Source of the DNA: Vulcanimicrobiota bacterium
GTDB taxonomy: Bacteria > Vulcanimicrobiota > Vulcanimicrobiia > Vulcanimicrobiales > Vulcanimicrobiaceae
Direction of reading: 5' to 3'
NCBI GenBank assembly: GCA_963786105.1
Contig: CAWAXX010000017.1
Coordinates: 224,001 to 288,000, forward strand
Length of the DNA: 64,000 nt
Under the pieces are notes generated by a model. It was not told the DNA's origin and ran no database searches. It was given only the letters and a program-made list of their open reading frames with translations. The number at the start of each line of letters is the position of its first letter. Within the stretch, counting starts at the first letter, position 1. Both the position numbers and the translations under genes were made by a program. Shown piece after piece: positions 49,382 through 59,489 of the stretch.

Positions 49382-50713
49382 GTTGTTTCTCGCCGGCGCT
49401 CGACGTCGCCAACGCCGTACTATACGAAGGGTACATTCTCTATCCATACACGGCATCGGCGCGGAAGAACCGCATTCGTTGGCAGTTTGGAGTGATCGTT
49501 CCGCACGCGTACGCGGAACTAAGCGGGACGGGCGAACCGGCAGAATCGCGAACCGAAGTGCTGCTCGAGAGCAGCGGCGAGACCGAAGTCGACGTCGTCG
49601 TTCGCTTCCTGCAGGTCGAGATGCGTCAGGTCGAAGCGTGGACGGGAACGTCGTTCGAACCCGTCGAGCGTCTAACGGTTGGCGGTCAGACCTACCTGAC
49701 GTTCGACGAGGGTGTCGAGCGCGAGGTTCCGGCTTGCCTGCGCATTTCCGGCGGCAGCGCGGTTGCCGTTCCGATCGCCTTTTCAGCCGACGAAAACGTC
49801 GAGTTGCTGCGCGACGCCGGCGACGCGCTGCGCGGGCGCATCGTGCGACGGCGCTGGCCCTTGCATGGAGCCGTCGTCGCGGAATGGGAGGCGCTTCCCG
49901 ATAGACCGGCGTTGTACAAGGTGCGCGTGCGCGTGGAAAATCGCTCGGCGGTGGTACCAGGCGAGCGCAGCTCGGCTCTGCGCACGGCGTTCGTATCGAC
50001 GCATACGCTCTTGCACGCTACGGGCGGCGCGTTTCTTCTCGTCGCTCGATCCGCCGGACTACGCGGTCGGACTGACGCCGCTGACGAACCGGCACACGTG
50101 GCCCGTTTTGGTCGGGGACGAAGCGGCCGATCCGAAGCGCTCGGCCTTGATGCTCTCGTCGCCGATCATTTTGTACGATTTTCCCGCCGTTGCGCACCGC
50201 AAAGCGAAGGCCGACACGTTCGACGCAACGGAGGTCGACGAGTTGATGATGCTGAGCGTGCTGAGCCTGTCGGACGAAGAACGTCGCCGAGGCGCGAGCG
50301 ACCGATCCTCGGGCACGAGCGATCGTAGAACGCGCGGAACGTCTCGACGCACGCGAGTTGGCCCGCTTGCACGGGACGTTGCTGCAAACGAAAGACGAGC
50401 GGCCCGGGCGACCGGATCCGTTGTCAGCACTCGACATTCCCGCTATGGACTGCGTTTTCGTCGATGGGGTAAAGGTGCGAAAGGTTCGCAGGTGCGCTTG
50501 CATCCCAAGCGGCGCGCCGATGTTTGGGACGTATTCATCGACGGGAAGATCGCGACCGTGCGAGCGATCCATCAAGACGTTGAAGACGCGATGTACGTCG
50601 CGGTGACCGTCGACGAGGATCCCGCCAGCGATTTGCACGACTGGTACGGTCGCGCGTTCTTCTTTTATCCCGATGAGGTCGAGCCGCTCGGCCTGGCGGC
50701 GCGGGAGGCTTGA
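49378..50713 (+). CDS. Conserved hhy-cluster accessory protein; several frameshifts (about 50035-50480)
   Basis: AVLYEGY.LYPY.ASA.KN..RWQFG, STH, LSSPIILYD.P, FDATEVDE, then RLHP.RRAD..D...AVT...DP...FFYPDEVEPL across frames. Confidence 0.78.
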
Positions 50714-51212
50714 TGCGACTGCTGGTGGCGGGAATCGGCAACATCTTTTTCGGCGACGACGGGTTCGGCTCGGAAGTCGTCCGGCTGCTTCGGCCGACGA
50801 GCAAATCGAAGGCGTGACGATCGAAGATTACGGGATTCGAGGCATGCACTTGGCCTACGATTTGGTCTCTGGCTACGATCGGGCGATCCTGATCGACGCC
50901 GTGCCGCGCGGCGGAAAGCCCGGCACGCTGTATGCCATCGAACCCGACGTGCGTCTTTCAGGAACGACGCCCGATGCCCACCGGATGGATCTCGAAAACG
51001 TCTTCGCTTTTGTGAAGACGATCGGCGGCGATCTTCCGCCGATTACGATCGTCGGCTGCGAGCCGTCGGCTGCCGAGGAAACCATCGGACTATCCCACGC
51101 CGTGCGAGCGGCGGTGGAATCCGCCGCGCAGGTGGTTCGCCGGTTGGTTCGCGACGCACTCGACGCACACGATTCACTGCAACGAAGGAGCCCGGTATGG
51201 ACAGAGGCCTGA
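50713..51212 (+). CDS. Hydrogenase maturation endopeptidase (HybD/HupD family); frameshift near 50790
   Basis: LVAGIGNIFFGDDGFG then DYGIRGMHLAYDL, IDA, DAH, VGCEP in another frame. Confidence 0.88.
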
Positions 51213-51457
51213 TCGTCGGAGCGATTGCATTCGTGGCCGCGTTTGCGGCCGAGCGCCTATATTCCAGCATGGCCAAAGACATCGCGCGTTACGAAGAGAT
51301 GCGGAAGATGTCGGGTCAGCCGCCGATCTTAAAAGAGCTGCTCTCGACCGTTTTGGGTGGCGGCGTCGACGATAAAGACGCTCCGGCACGCGCCGGCGGC
51401 TTCGTCGCCGACTTGACGAACGACGTCATGCGCTACGCCAGGATGCGAAATATGTGA
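51197..51457 (+). CDS. Small membrane-anchored protein with a duplicated D..RY..MR.M motif (DUF6893-like)
   Basis: One TM helix; KDIARYEEMRKM and NDVMRYARMRNM repeats; AAGGAG SD. Confidence 0.7.
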   Translation: MDRGLIVGAIAFVAAFAAERLYSSMAKDIARYEEMRKMSGQPPILKELLSTVLGGGVDDKDAPARAGGFVADLTNDVMRYARMRNM

Positions 51458-51993
51458 GCGCTCCAGCAAGTGCGGCGAATGCCGCGCGCTACTCGGTCTC
51501 GTCGTCGGAGTCGTGGTTGACGTTCGAGACCCGGTCGACCCTGCACGGCGTTCATGGGAAAGCGAGCGACCTGTCCGGTTCGGTCGAAGCCGCCTGGGGC
51601 CGAGGCGGAAATATTGCTGCCGAGCCGGCACCAAAAATACATCTCGAGTTTCCAGTCGAGCAGTTACGCTCCGGGAACAGCGTGCAAGATCGCGAGATGT
51701 GGAAAGTCATCGACAGCAAGCGCTTCCCGCGCATCGCCGCCGACCTTCGCTGGCTGCAGCAGGGTCCGTCGCTCGGCCGTTACGCCGCCGGCGGCGACAT
51801 AACGATGTCGGGACGATCGCGCGGCTATGAGGGCGAATGCGCGATATCGGGCGACGGCGACTTTATCACGATCGAGGGGGACCTCAACGTCGATATTCGC
51901 GAGTTTGGGCTTACGCCGCCGAAGCTCCTGATCATCAAAGTCGATCCCATCGTGAAGGTCCATCTTCATTTCGTGGCAAGGAAGTCCGCATGA
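51454..51993 (+). CDS. YceI-like lipid/polyisoprenoid-binding protein 1
   Basis: S.LTF....HGVHG, LRSGN..QD..M...IDSKRFP.I, G..T..G, D...FGL.PP beta-barrel pattern. Confidence 0.75.
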   Translation: MSAPASAANAARYSVSSSESWLTFETRSTLHGVHGKASDLSGSVEAAWGRGGNIAAEPAPKIHLEFPVEQLRSGNSVQDREMWKVIDSKRFPRIAADLRWLQQGPSLGRYAAGGDITMSGRSRGYEGECAISGDGDFITIEGDLNVDIREFGLTPPKLLIIKVDPIVKVHLHFVARKSA

Positions 51994-52572
51994 CGGCGGT
52001 CGAGAAACGGACGCTCGACCTGGACGAAGGCAGAGGTATGGCAGCAGGCAAGGCATCGAGCGAACGCTTCGAAATAGCGACCAACGACTCGTCGTTGACC
52101 TTCTTCGCGACCTCGACCATGCAGTCGGCCTATGGGAAGACGACCGAGTTAGACGGATACATCCAGGCTGCTTGGAGCGCCGACGGCACGCTGGCGGCGA
52201 CGCCGGCCCCGGCGATGCACGTCGAGTTCAAGGTCGAGAGCTTGCGTACCGGCAACGAACTCCAGGACCGCGAGATGTGGAAGCTCATCGACAGCAAGCG
52301 GTTTCCCAAGATTGCTCGGCGACCTCCTCGACCTGCGCGCCGGCTCGGTTCCCGGCCGGTACATCGGCTCAGGTAAGATTACGCTGGCCGGACTCGCGCG
52401 TACCTATGAAGGCGAGTTCCGGCTCGAGCGGGACCGCAAGGACGTCAAGCTCGACGGCGAGCTGAATATCGACGTGCGCGATTTCGGGCTGAAACCCATC
52501 AGCTTGTTGGTTCTCAGCGTCGCACCGATGGTTCGCGTTCGCCTACACCTCTCAGCCGCGAAACCGGACTGA
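51990..52572 (+). CDS. YceI-like protein 2; frameshift near 52315
   Basis: LRTGNELQDREMWKLIDSKRFPKI, then G.ITLAG...DVRDFGLKP in the next frame. Confidence 0.75.
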
Positions 52573-52575
52573 TTT

Positions 52576-52866
52576 ATGTGCCTGGCCATTCCCGGACAAG
52601 TCATCGAAATCTCACCCGACCAGCCGCTCCTCGCGCGCGTAAACGTTGGCGGCGTCCAGCGCAACGTGAACGTTGGATTGCTCGACGATGGGGAGGCCTC
52701 GGCGGGCGATTGGATTCTCATTCACGTGGGATTCGCCCTGAGCAAGATCGACGAGGCGCGAGCGCGCGAACAGTTGCGTATGTTGCGCGCGATGGGGGAA
52801 GACCAACTCGCGCATCGAGGAAGTGCGCGGGTACTCTTTTGCAGAAGCCAGCGGTGATCGCGATGA
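52576..52866 (+). CDS. hypC: Hydrogenase chaperone HypC; C-terminus uncertain (probable frameshift near 52812)
   Basis: MCLAIPG, GDWILIHVGFA. Confidence 0.93.
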
Positions 52867-53976
52867 AATACGTCGATGAATTTCGCGATCCCGGAATCAT
52901 CTCCGGAGTAGCGCGCGAAATAGCGCGGACCGTCGATCTCGGCACGGCACTACCGCATCATGGAAGTGTGCGGCGGTCATACGCATTCGATCTATCGGCA
53001 CGGCCTGCGCGACGTTCTTCCCGACAACATCGAGCTCGTACACGGGCCGGGTTGTCCGGTTTGCGTGCTGCCGACCGGGCGCGTCGACGACGGGTTGGCG
53101 ATCGCCGAGCGCGAGGACGTCATCTTGACGTGCTTCGGCGACATGATGCGCGTGCCCGGAACGAGAGGGACGCCTCTGGAACTCAAAGCGCGCGGAGCGG
53201 ACGTTCGAATGGTGTATTCGCCGCTCGACGCGCTCCGCATCGCTGCGGAGAACCCGGCGAAGCACGTGTGTTTTTTTGCCATCGGATTCGAAACGACCGC
53301 GCCGTCGACCGCACTGACGATCCTGCGCGCGCAGATGCTGGGCGTTAAGAACTTCTCCGTGTTCTGCAATCACGTGACGATCGTGCCGGCGATGCGCGCG
53401 ATTCTCGATTCGCCGGATATGCGCATCGACGGATTCGTCGGTCCCGGTCACGTATCGACCATTACCGGTTGCCGGCCGTACGAGTTCGTCGCGCGCGACT
53501 ATGGCAAGCCGGTGGTCGTTTCGGGCTTCGAGCCGCTGGACATTCTTGAGTCGATCCTGATGATTCTCCATCAGCTTGCGGCCGGCGAAGCCCGAGTCGA
53601 GAATCAGTACAAACGAATCGTGCCGTGGGAAGGCAATCCGCCGGCGCTGGCGGCACTGGCACGGGTCTTCGAGCTGCGTCCGTATTTCGAGTGGCGTGGG
53701 CTGGGGTTTATTTCGCAATCCGCTTTGAGCATCAAAGCGGACCTTGCGGCGTTCGATGCGGAGCGGCTCTTCGACGTTCCCGGCGTACGGGTAACCGATC
53801 CGCGCGGCGCGCAGTGCGGCGAGGTCCTCAAGGGGGTGCTCAAACCGCCGCAATGCAAGCTCTTCGGGACCGAGTGCAATCCCGAGCATCCCGTGGGCGC
53901 GCTGATGGTCTCGAGCGAGGGCGCTTGCGCCGCGTACTATCGCTATGCGGTGCATGCTGCGGCGGTGGAAGCGTAA
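52863..53976 (+). CDS. hypD: Hydrogenase maturation protein HypD; frameshift near 52945
   Basis: MKYVDEFRD, then MEVCGGHT, GPGCPVC, GFETT, PGHVS, C.LFG..C.P..P.G.LMVSSEGAC. Confidence 0.95.
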
Positions 53977-53981
53977 CGCCG

Positions 53982-55031
53982 ATGACCATCATCGAATCGG
54001 CTCGCAAGACGCCACGCTTCGCGGACGCGCAGATCGAGATGGCCCACGGTGCCGGCGGCATCGCATCACGCCGTCTGGTCGAAGGTTTGATCGCGCCCTA
54101 CTTTGCCAACCCGATTCTGCAAGCGTTCGGCGACTCGGCGGTTGTGAGCGTGCACGGTCGCGGCGTGGCGACGACTGCCGACGGGTTCGTAGTCAAGCCG
54201 TTGCGCTTTCCGGGCGGATCGATCGGCGAGCTGGCCGTCAACGGCACGATTAACGACTTGGCCGTATCGGCGGCAAAACCGATCGCCCTGATGGCGACCC
54301 TTATTCTCGAAGCCGGTTTGCCGGCCGGTACGCTCGAAAGCGAGATCGAAGCGATGGCGATTGCTGCTCGCAAAGCGGGGGTGTCGATCGTCGGCGGCGA
54401 CACGAAGGTCGTCGAACACGGCAAAGCCGACGGCATGTACGTAACCACCTTCGGGATCGGCGCAATCGACGAGCGGGTCACTCTCGACCCGGCAACGATC
54501 GCGCCCGGCGATCTCGTCTTGCTTTCGGGGCCGATCGGCGCGCACGGCATTACGATCTTGCTGGCGCGCGGGGAGCTCGATCTTCAGGCCGATTTGCTGT
54601 CGGATACGCGTTCGATCTGGCCGCTGGTCGAGGCGCTGCTGGAGGCTTGCGCCGGAGGAGTTCGCTGGATGCGCGATCCAACGCGCGGCGGCGTCGCAAC
54701 GTCGCTCAACGAGTTGATCCGCGCAACGTCGTTCGGGATCGCGCTTTACGAGGAGCGCGTACCGATGCACGACGCGGTGCGCGGGGCGTGCGAGTTGCTC
54801 GGGCTCGATCCGCTGCATATCGCCAACGAGGGTCAGTTTTTAGCGGTCATCGCGCCGGAACACGCCGATATGGCGCTGCGGGCGGTGCGCGCGGTGCCCG
54901 GAGGCGAAGCAGCGTCGTACATCGGCGAAGTGCGCAGGGAGCCGAAGCGTCGCGTGATCGGCGTCAACGGTTACGGCGGAACGCGCGTGATCGATATGCT
55001 GGTAGGCGATCCGCTGCCTCGGATATGTTAA
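53982..55031 (+). CDS. hypE: Hydrogenase maturation protein HypE
   Basis: HGAGG, GGDTKVV, RDPTRGG, C-terminal LPRIC. Confidence 0.96.
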   Translation: MTIIESARKTPRFADAQIEMAHGAGGIASRRLVEGLIAPYFANPILQAFGDSAVVSVHGRGVATTADGFVVKPLRFPGGSIGELAVNGTINDLAVSAAKPIALMATLILEAGLPAGTLESEIEAMAIAARKAGVSIVGGDTKVVEHGKADGMYVTTFGIGAIDERVTLDPATIAPGDLVLLSGPIGAHGITILLARGELDLQADLLSDTRSIWPLVEALLEACAGGVRWMRDPTRGGVATSLNELIRATSFGIALYEERVPMHDAVRGACELLGLDPLHIANEGQFLAVIAPEHADMALRAVRAVPGGEAASYIGEVRREPKRRVIGVNGYGGTRVIDMLVGDPLPRIC

Positions 55032-56219
55032 ACGTGACCGGCAACGCGGCGGAGACGGCGCGCCGGATCGCGTCGAGCATTCGTAGCCGTACGCCGATCG
55101 CACGGGAGTTTTTCGCGACGCACGCTCCGGCGATTTCGGAGGCGGCGCGCGCGATTGCGGAGCGTTTGCGCGACGACGGCCGAATTTATGCATTCGGGCG
55201 GGGTGCGTATGCTACCGACGCACAACACGTCGCGGTCGAGTTCGTCCATCCGGTACTCGTCGGTAAGCCGGCGTTGCCGGCGTCGGACCTTAGCCCGTTC
55301 TTCGAAAACGCGTTGCCGGTCATGGTGACGGCTCGCGACGTCGCGATCGGGTTTGGACCTCCCGAAGGCGATGCGGTCGTCGCCACCGCGCTAGCCCGCG
55401 CGCGCGCACGGGGCGCCTACACGTTAGCCCTTCCCGGAAAGGGCGCGGACTTTGGATTCGCGCCACCCAGCAGCGACGATCACGTGCATCAGGAGATTGC
55501 GGAGATCGTCGGGCATATGCTTTACGAAAGCGTGCACGTCTTTCTCGAGCATCGGGCCCTCGATCACGACGTAGGCGCCTCGTCCTTTCTCTATCCGTTT
55601 CTCGGCGGCGAGCAAATGGCGGCCGGCGAGTTGCTTGCCGACGTCACGGCTTCGATTCTGCACAAGGCGGACGACGCGCAGAAACTGCGGGAGCGAGTGG
55701 CCGAGGAAGAAAGCGAAGCGATTGCGGGGGCGGCAATCGCGATGGCTAACGGTCTCGCGCGCGGCGGCCGTATCGTACTTTTCGGCAACGGCGGATCGGC
55801 GACCGACGCGACCGATTGGGCGCTCGACTGCGTCGCTCCGCCTGCCGGGCTCGCTCCGGTTCCGGCGCTCTCGCTGGCCGCCGAGCCGGCGACGATCAGT
55901 GCAATTGCCAACGACGTCGGTCGTGAGTTTATCTTTCTGCGCCAGCTGATCGCGCACGTGCGTCCGCGCGACATTGTGGTCGCGCTCTCGACGAGCGGCG
56001 GCTCGTCGAACGTTATCGCAGCGTTGGAGGAGGCGCGCAAGCGCGGAAACGTCACGGTCGCGCTTCTGGGCTACGACGGCGGCGAGATCCTCCGCCGCGG
56101 CCTGGCGGATTATCCGATCGTCGTACGCTCGGATTACGTTCCGCAGAGTGCAAGAAGCGCAGGCGACGATCTATCATACCATGCGTCACGCGATCGATTG
56201 GTTTGCCCGTGCCCCTTGA
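55025..56219 (+). CDS. Tandem SIS-domain (GmhA-like) protein; frameshift near 56140
   Basis: Two SIS domains: DAQHVAVEFVHP and GNGGSATDA...IAND...STSGGS.N; RVQE...IYH C-terminus in another frame. Confidence 0.85.
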
Positions 56220-56442
56220 ACTGTTTGCGACCAAGACGTGTCCGTACTGCGCGCAAATGCGCGAACGGCTGGAATGGGACGGCCTCGAGTACGTCGAGTA
56301 CGACGTCGAAGCGGACGGCGGCGCACGCGTCCGGTTGACGGAACTGCTCGGGGCGAACCCCATGGTGCCGGTTTTGGTCGCCGAGGGACGCGTTACCGAG
56401 GTCGGCGTCGCCGGCCGTGGTTGTTATGTCGGTAACGGATAG
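56203..56442 (+). CDS. Glutaredoxin-like protein
   Basis: TCPYC, VEYDVE, MVPVLV, C-terminal GRGC. Confidence 0.8.
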   Translation: MPVPLELFATKTCPYCAQMRERLEWDGLEYVEYDVEADGGARVRLTELLGANPMVPVLVAEGRVTEVGVAGRGCYVGNG

Positions 56443-58681
56443 TCTCGCAAAACGACGAGCGGTTCGTCTTCGTATCACGGGCGTCGTGCAAGGCGTCGGT
56501 TTTAGGCCGTTCGTCTACCGCTTAGCGCAGCAGAACGGCGTCGCGGGATGGGTGCTCAACGGCGAGGACGGCGTGCACGTCGCTGCCGAGGCAGGCGGCG
56601 AGGCGGTGGAGCGATTCGTCACCGCCGTACGCGACCATCCTCCGCCGGCCGCGCACGTCGCGTCGTTCGACGTGATCCCGGCCGAGATTTTGGGTTTCCA
56701 CGCGTTCGAGATTCGCGAGAGTACGGGTGGAGAGGCTCCGACCGTCCGGATCTCTCCCGACCTCGCAGTATGCGACGACTGCTTGCGCGAACTCTTCGAT
56801 CCCGCCGACCGTCGCTTTGGCTATCCGTACATCAACTGCACGAACTGCGGCCCGCGCTACAGTATCGTGCTCGAGCTGCCGTACGACAGGCCGCGCACGG
56901 TGATGCGCGATTGGCCGCTGTGCGCGCAATGCCGCCGTGAATACGAGGATCCATCGGACCGTCGCTTTCACGCGCAGCCGGTAGCTTGCGCGGCGTGTGG
57001 CCCGACCGTCATCTTGGAGGAGAGCGGCGCCTCGGTCAGGAGCGGCAGCGACGCCATCGCGCGCGTCGCCGGGCTCCTGTCGAGCGGCGCGATCGTCGCC
57101 ATCAAGGGCATCGGCGGATTCCACCTGGCATGCGACGCGCGAAACGCCGAGTCGGTCGCGGCCGTGCGCAAGCGGAAATACCGGAAGGAGCGGCCGTTTG
57201 CGGTCATGGTGCGCGACGTTGCGGGGGCGCGAAGGCTGGTGGAGTTGGACGCGGATTCCGAGCAACTGCTCGCGTCCATCGAGCGGCCGATCGTTCTCGC
57301 CGCTTCGAAAACCGAACTCGCCGGAGTTTCACCGAACAACCGCGATCTCGGCGTCATGCTCCCCTACACGCCGGTACACCACCTCTTGTTTGCTGCGGGT
57401 GCGCCGCCGGTGCTCGTGATGACGAGCGCCAACCGTTCGAGCGAGCCGATCGCGTACGAAGACGCCGACGCACGCGCGTCGCTTTCAGGAATCGCCGACG
57501 CTTTCCTGATCGGCGAGCGGCCGATCGCGCGCCGCATCGATGACTCGGTCGTGCGCGGCGCCCCGAATGCGCGAACAATACTTCGGCGCGCACGGGGGTT
57601 GGCACCTCAAGCGGTAGCCGAACTCCCGACGAGGGCTCCCGTGCTCGCGCTCGGCGGCGACTTGAAGAACGCCTTGACGCTCGTCGTGGAAGGTCAAGCT
57701 TTTGCGAGCCAACACGTGGGCGATCTCGATCACCTGTCTGCTCGCGAAGCGTTCGCGGCCACGGCTCGCGACCTATGTGCCATGTACGAGGTGCCGGTCG
57801 AGGGGCTCACGATCGCTCACGACCGGCATCCGGGCTATCGAAGCACCGAGTTCGCGCAAACGCTGCCGGGACGGTGTGTCGGCGTGCAGCACCACCGGGC
57901 GCACATCGCGAGCGTGCTTGCCGAACGCGGGGCGTGGGAAGAACGGATCGTCGGGTTTGCTTTCGACGGAACCGGCTACGGCGACGACGGCACGATCTGG
58001 GGCGGGGAAGTCTTTCAGGGCTCGCTAGCCGATGGATTGGAGCGTATCGCGCATTTACGGCGCGCCTTTCTTCCGGGAGGCGATGCGGCCGCACGCTTTC
58101 CCGTTCAGGCGGCCGCAGGGTTTCTGCACGAGTTCGCGGACGACGGCTCGTTTGCCGAACCTCCGTTCTCGTTCCCCGAGCGTTACGCGCAAGCAAGCGA
58201 ACTGGTACGACGCAAAGTACGCGCGTTCGAAACCACGTCGATGGGACGGCTCTTCGACACGGTTGCGGCGCTCGCCGGTTTTACGCGCGAGCAGTCGTTC
58301 GAAGGTCAGGCGGCCATGTGGCTCGAGCACCTCGCTCGTTCGTGCGCCGAAGTCGAGCCCTACTCAATTCCATTCGAAAACGGTGAGCTCGATTTTCGGC
58401 CGACCCTAAGGGTCGTCGTCGCGGATCGTCGCTCCGGGCGTCCGCCCGCGGAAATCGCGCGCGCATTTCACCGCGCGGTGGCGAATTCGGTCGTCGGCGT
58501 TGCGAATGAGGCGGCCGAGAATCGCGTCGTCGTGTCAGGAGGCGTTTTTCAGAACGCGTTGCTTGTGGAGTTGCTATCCCGGAGTTTGGGCGATCGGCTG
58601 TGGTTCAATACGAAGGTGCCGCCGAACGATGGAGGATTGAGCCTCGGCCAAGCCGCGTTTGCGGCGCTCCATTCGAGATGA
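56426..58681 (+). CDS. hypF: Carbamoyltransferase HypF
   Basis: GVVQGVGFRP acylphosphatase domain, CxxC zinc fingers, KGIGGFHL, QHH.AH, DGTGYG, PPNDGG. Confidence 0.96.
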   Translation: MSVTDSLAKRRAVRLRITGVVQGVGFRPFVYRLAQQNGVAGWVLNGEDGVHVAAEAGGEAVERFVTAVRDHPPPAAHVASFDVIPAEILGFHAFEIRESTGGEAPTVRISPDLAVCDDCLRELFDPADRRFGYPYINCTNCGPRYSIVLELPYDRPRTVMRDWPLCAQCRREYEDPSDRRFHAQPVACAACGPTVILEESGASVRSGSDAIARVAGLLSSGAIVAIKGIGGFHLACDARNAESVAAVRKRKYRKERPFAVMVRDVAGARRLVELDADSEQLLASIERPIVLAASKTELAGVSPNNRDLGVMLPYTPVHHLLFAAGAPPVLVMTSANRSSEPIAYEDADARASLSGIADAFLIGERPIARRIDDSVVRGAPNARTILRRARGLAPQAVAELPTRAPVLALGGDLKNALTLVVEGQAFASQHVGDLDHLSAREAFAATARDLCAMYEVPVEGLTIAHDRHPGYRSTEFAQTLPGRCVGVQHHRAHIASVLAERGAWEERIVGFAFDGTGYGDDGTIWGGEVFQGSLADGLERIAHLRRAFLPGGDAAARFPVQAAAGFLHEFADDGSFAEPPFSFPERYAQASELVRRKVRAFETTSMGRLFDTVAALAGFTREQSFEGQAAMWLEHLARSCAEVEPYSIPFENGELDFRPTLRVVVADRRSGRPPAEIARAFHRAVANSVVGVANEAAENRVVVSGGVFQNALLVELLSRSLGDRLWFNTKVPPNDGGLSLGQAAFAALHSR

Positions 58682-58691
58682 CGCTCGTGCG

Positions 58692-59489
58692 CTACCGGCC
58701 TTTCCACTGCGGTTTGCGCTTTTCGAGAAACGCGCCGGTGCCCTCTTTGATGTCTTGGGTATCGACGAGCGTCCCGAACTCCAAGGCTTCGATCTCGAGG
58801 GCGTCGTCGAGCGACAGGTGCGCGCCGTTGACGATCGCCCGTTTGCAGGCAGCGATCGCAAGCGGGGCCTTCGACGCGATGATTGCCGCGACGCGCGTGG
58901 CCTCGTTCATCAGCTCGGCGAGCGGTACCACCTTTTGCACGAGACCGATGCGCAACGCTTCCCGTGCGTCGATGATTTCGCCGGTTAAACAGAGATACAT
59001 CGCCATGCCCTTGCCGACCAAGCGCGTCGTGCGCTGGGATCCGCCGTAGCCGGGAATGAGCCCGAGATTGACCTCCGGCTGGCCGAATTTGGCGTTTTCG
59101 GCGGCGATGAGAATGTCGCCGGCCATCGCGAGTTCGCATCCGCCGCCCAATGCGAAGCCGTTGATCGCCATGATCACCGGCTTGCGCAGGCGCTCGATTT
59201 TTCGCGTCAACGCCTGTCCGAGCCGAGCCTGATCGGCGCCGTGGCCGGCGCTCGGCAGCGCGTTGAGTTCCGCGATGTCGGCGCCGGCGGCGAATGCCTT
59301 CTCGCCGGCGCCCGTCATAATGACCGCCCGAACGTCGGGATTGCTCTCGAGTTCCGAAAGCGCCCGCGACACCTCCGCCAGCAGGCTGGTGCGCAGCGCG
59401 TTGAGCACGTTCGGCCGGTTGAACGTAATGATACCGGCAGGCGGCTCGACGGCGACGACGATGTTCTCGTAAATTGCCGGCTCAGGCAT
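58692..59489 (-). CDS. crt: Enoyl-CoA hydratase/crotonase
   Basis: AFAAGADI, GFALGGGCEL, GQPEVNLG.IPG.GG. Confidence 0.9.
   Translation of the reverse strand: MPEPAIYENIVVAVEPPAGIITFNRPNVLNALRTSLLAEVSRALSELESNPDVRAVIMTGAGEKAFAAGADIAELNALPSAGHGADQARLGQALTRKIERLRKPVIMAINGFALGGGCELAMAGDILIAAENAKFGQPEVNLGLIPGYGGSQRTTRLVGKGMAMYLCLTGEIIDAREALRIGLVQKVVPLAELMNEATRVAAIIASKAPLAIAACKRAIVNGAHLSLDDALEIEALEFGTLVDTQDIKEGTGAFLEKRKPQWKGR

Noticed and set aside
43302..56219. Programmed ribosomal frameshifting as the cause of split genes
   Set aside because: Breaks are numerous, go in both directions and share no slippery motif that I could see.
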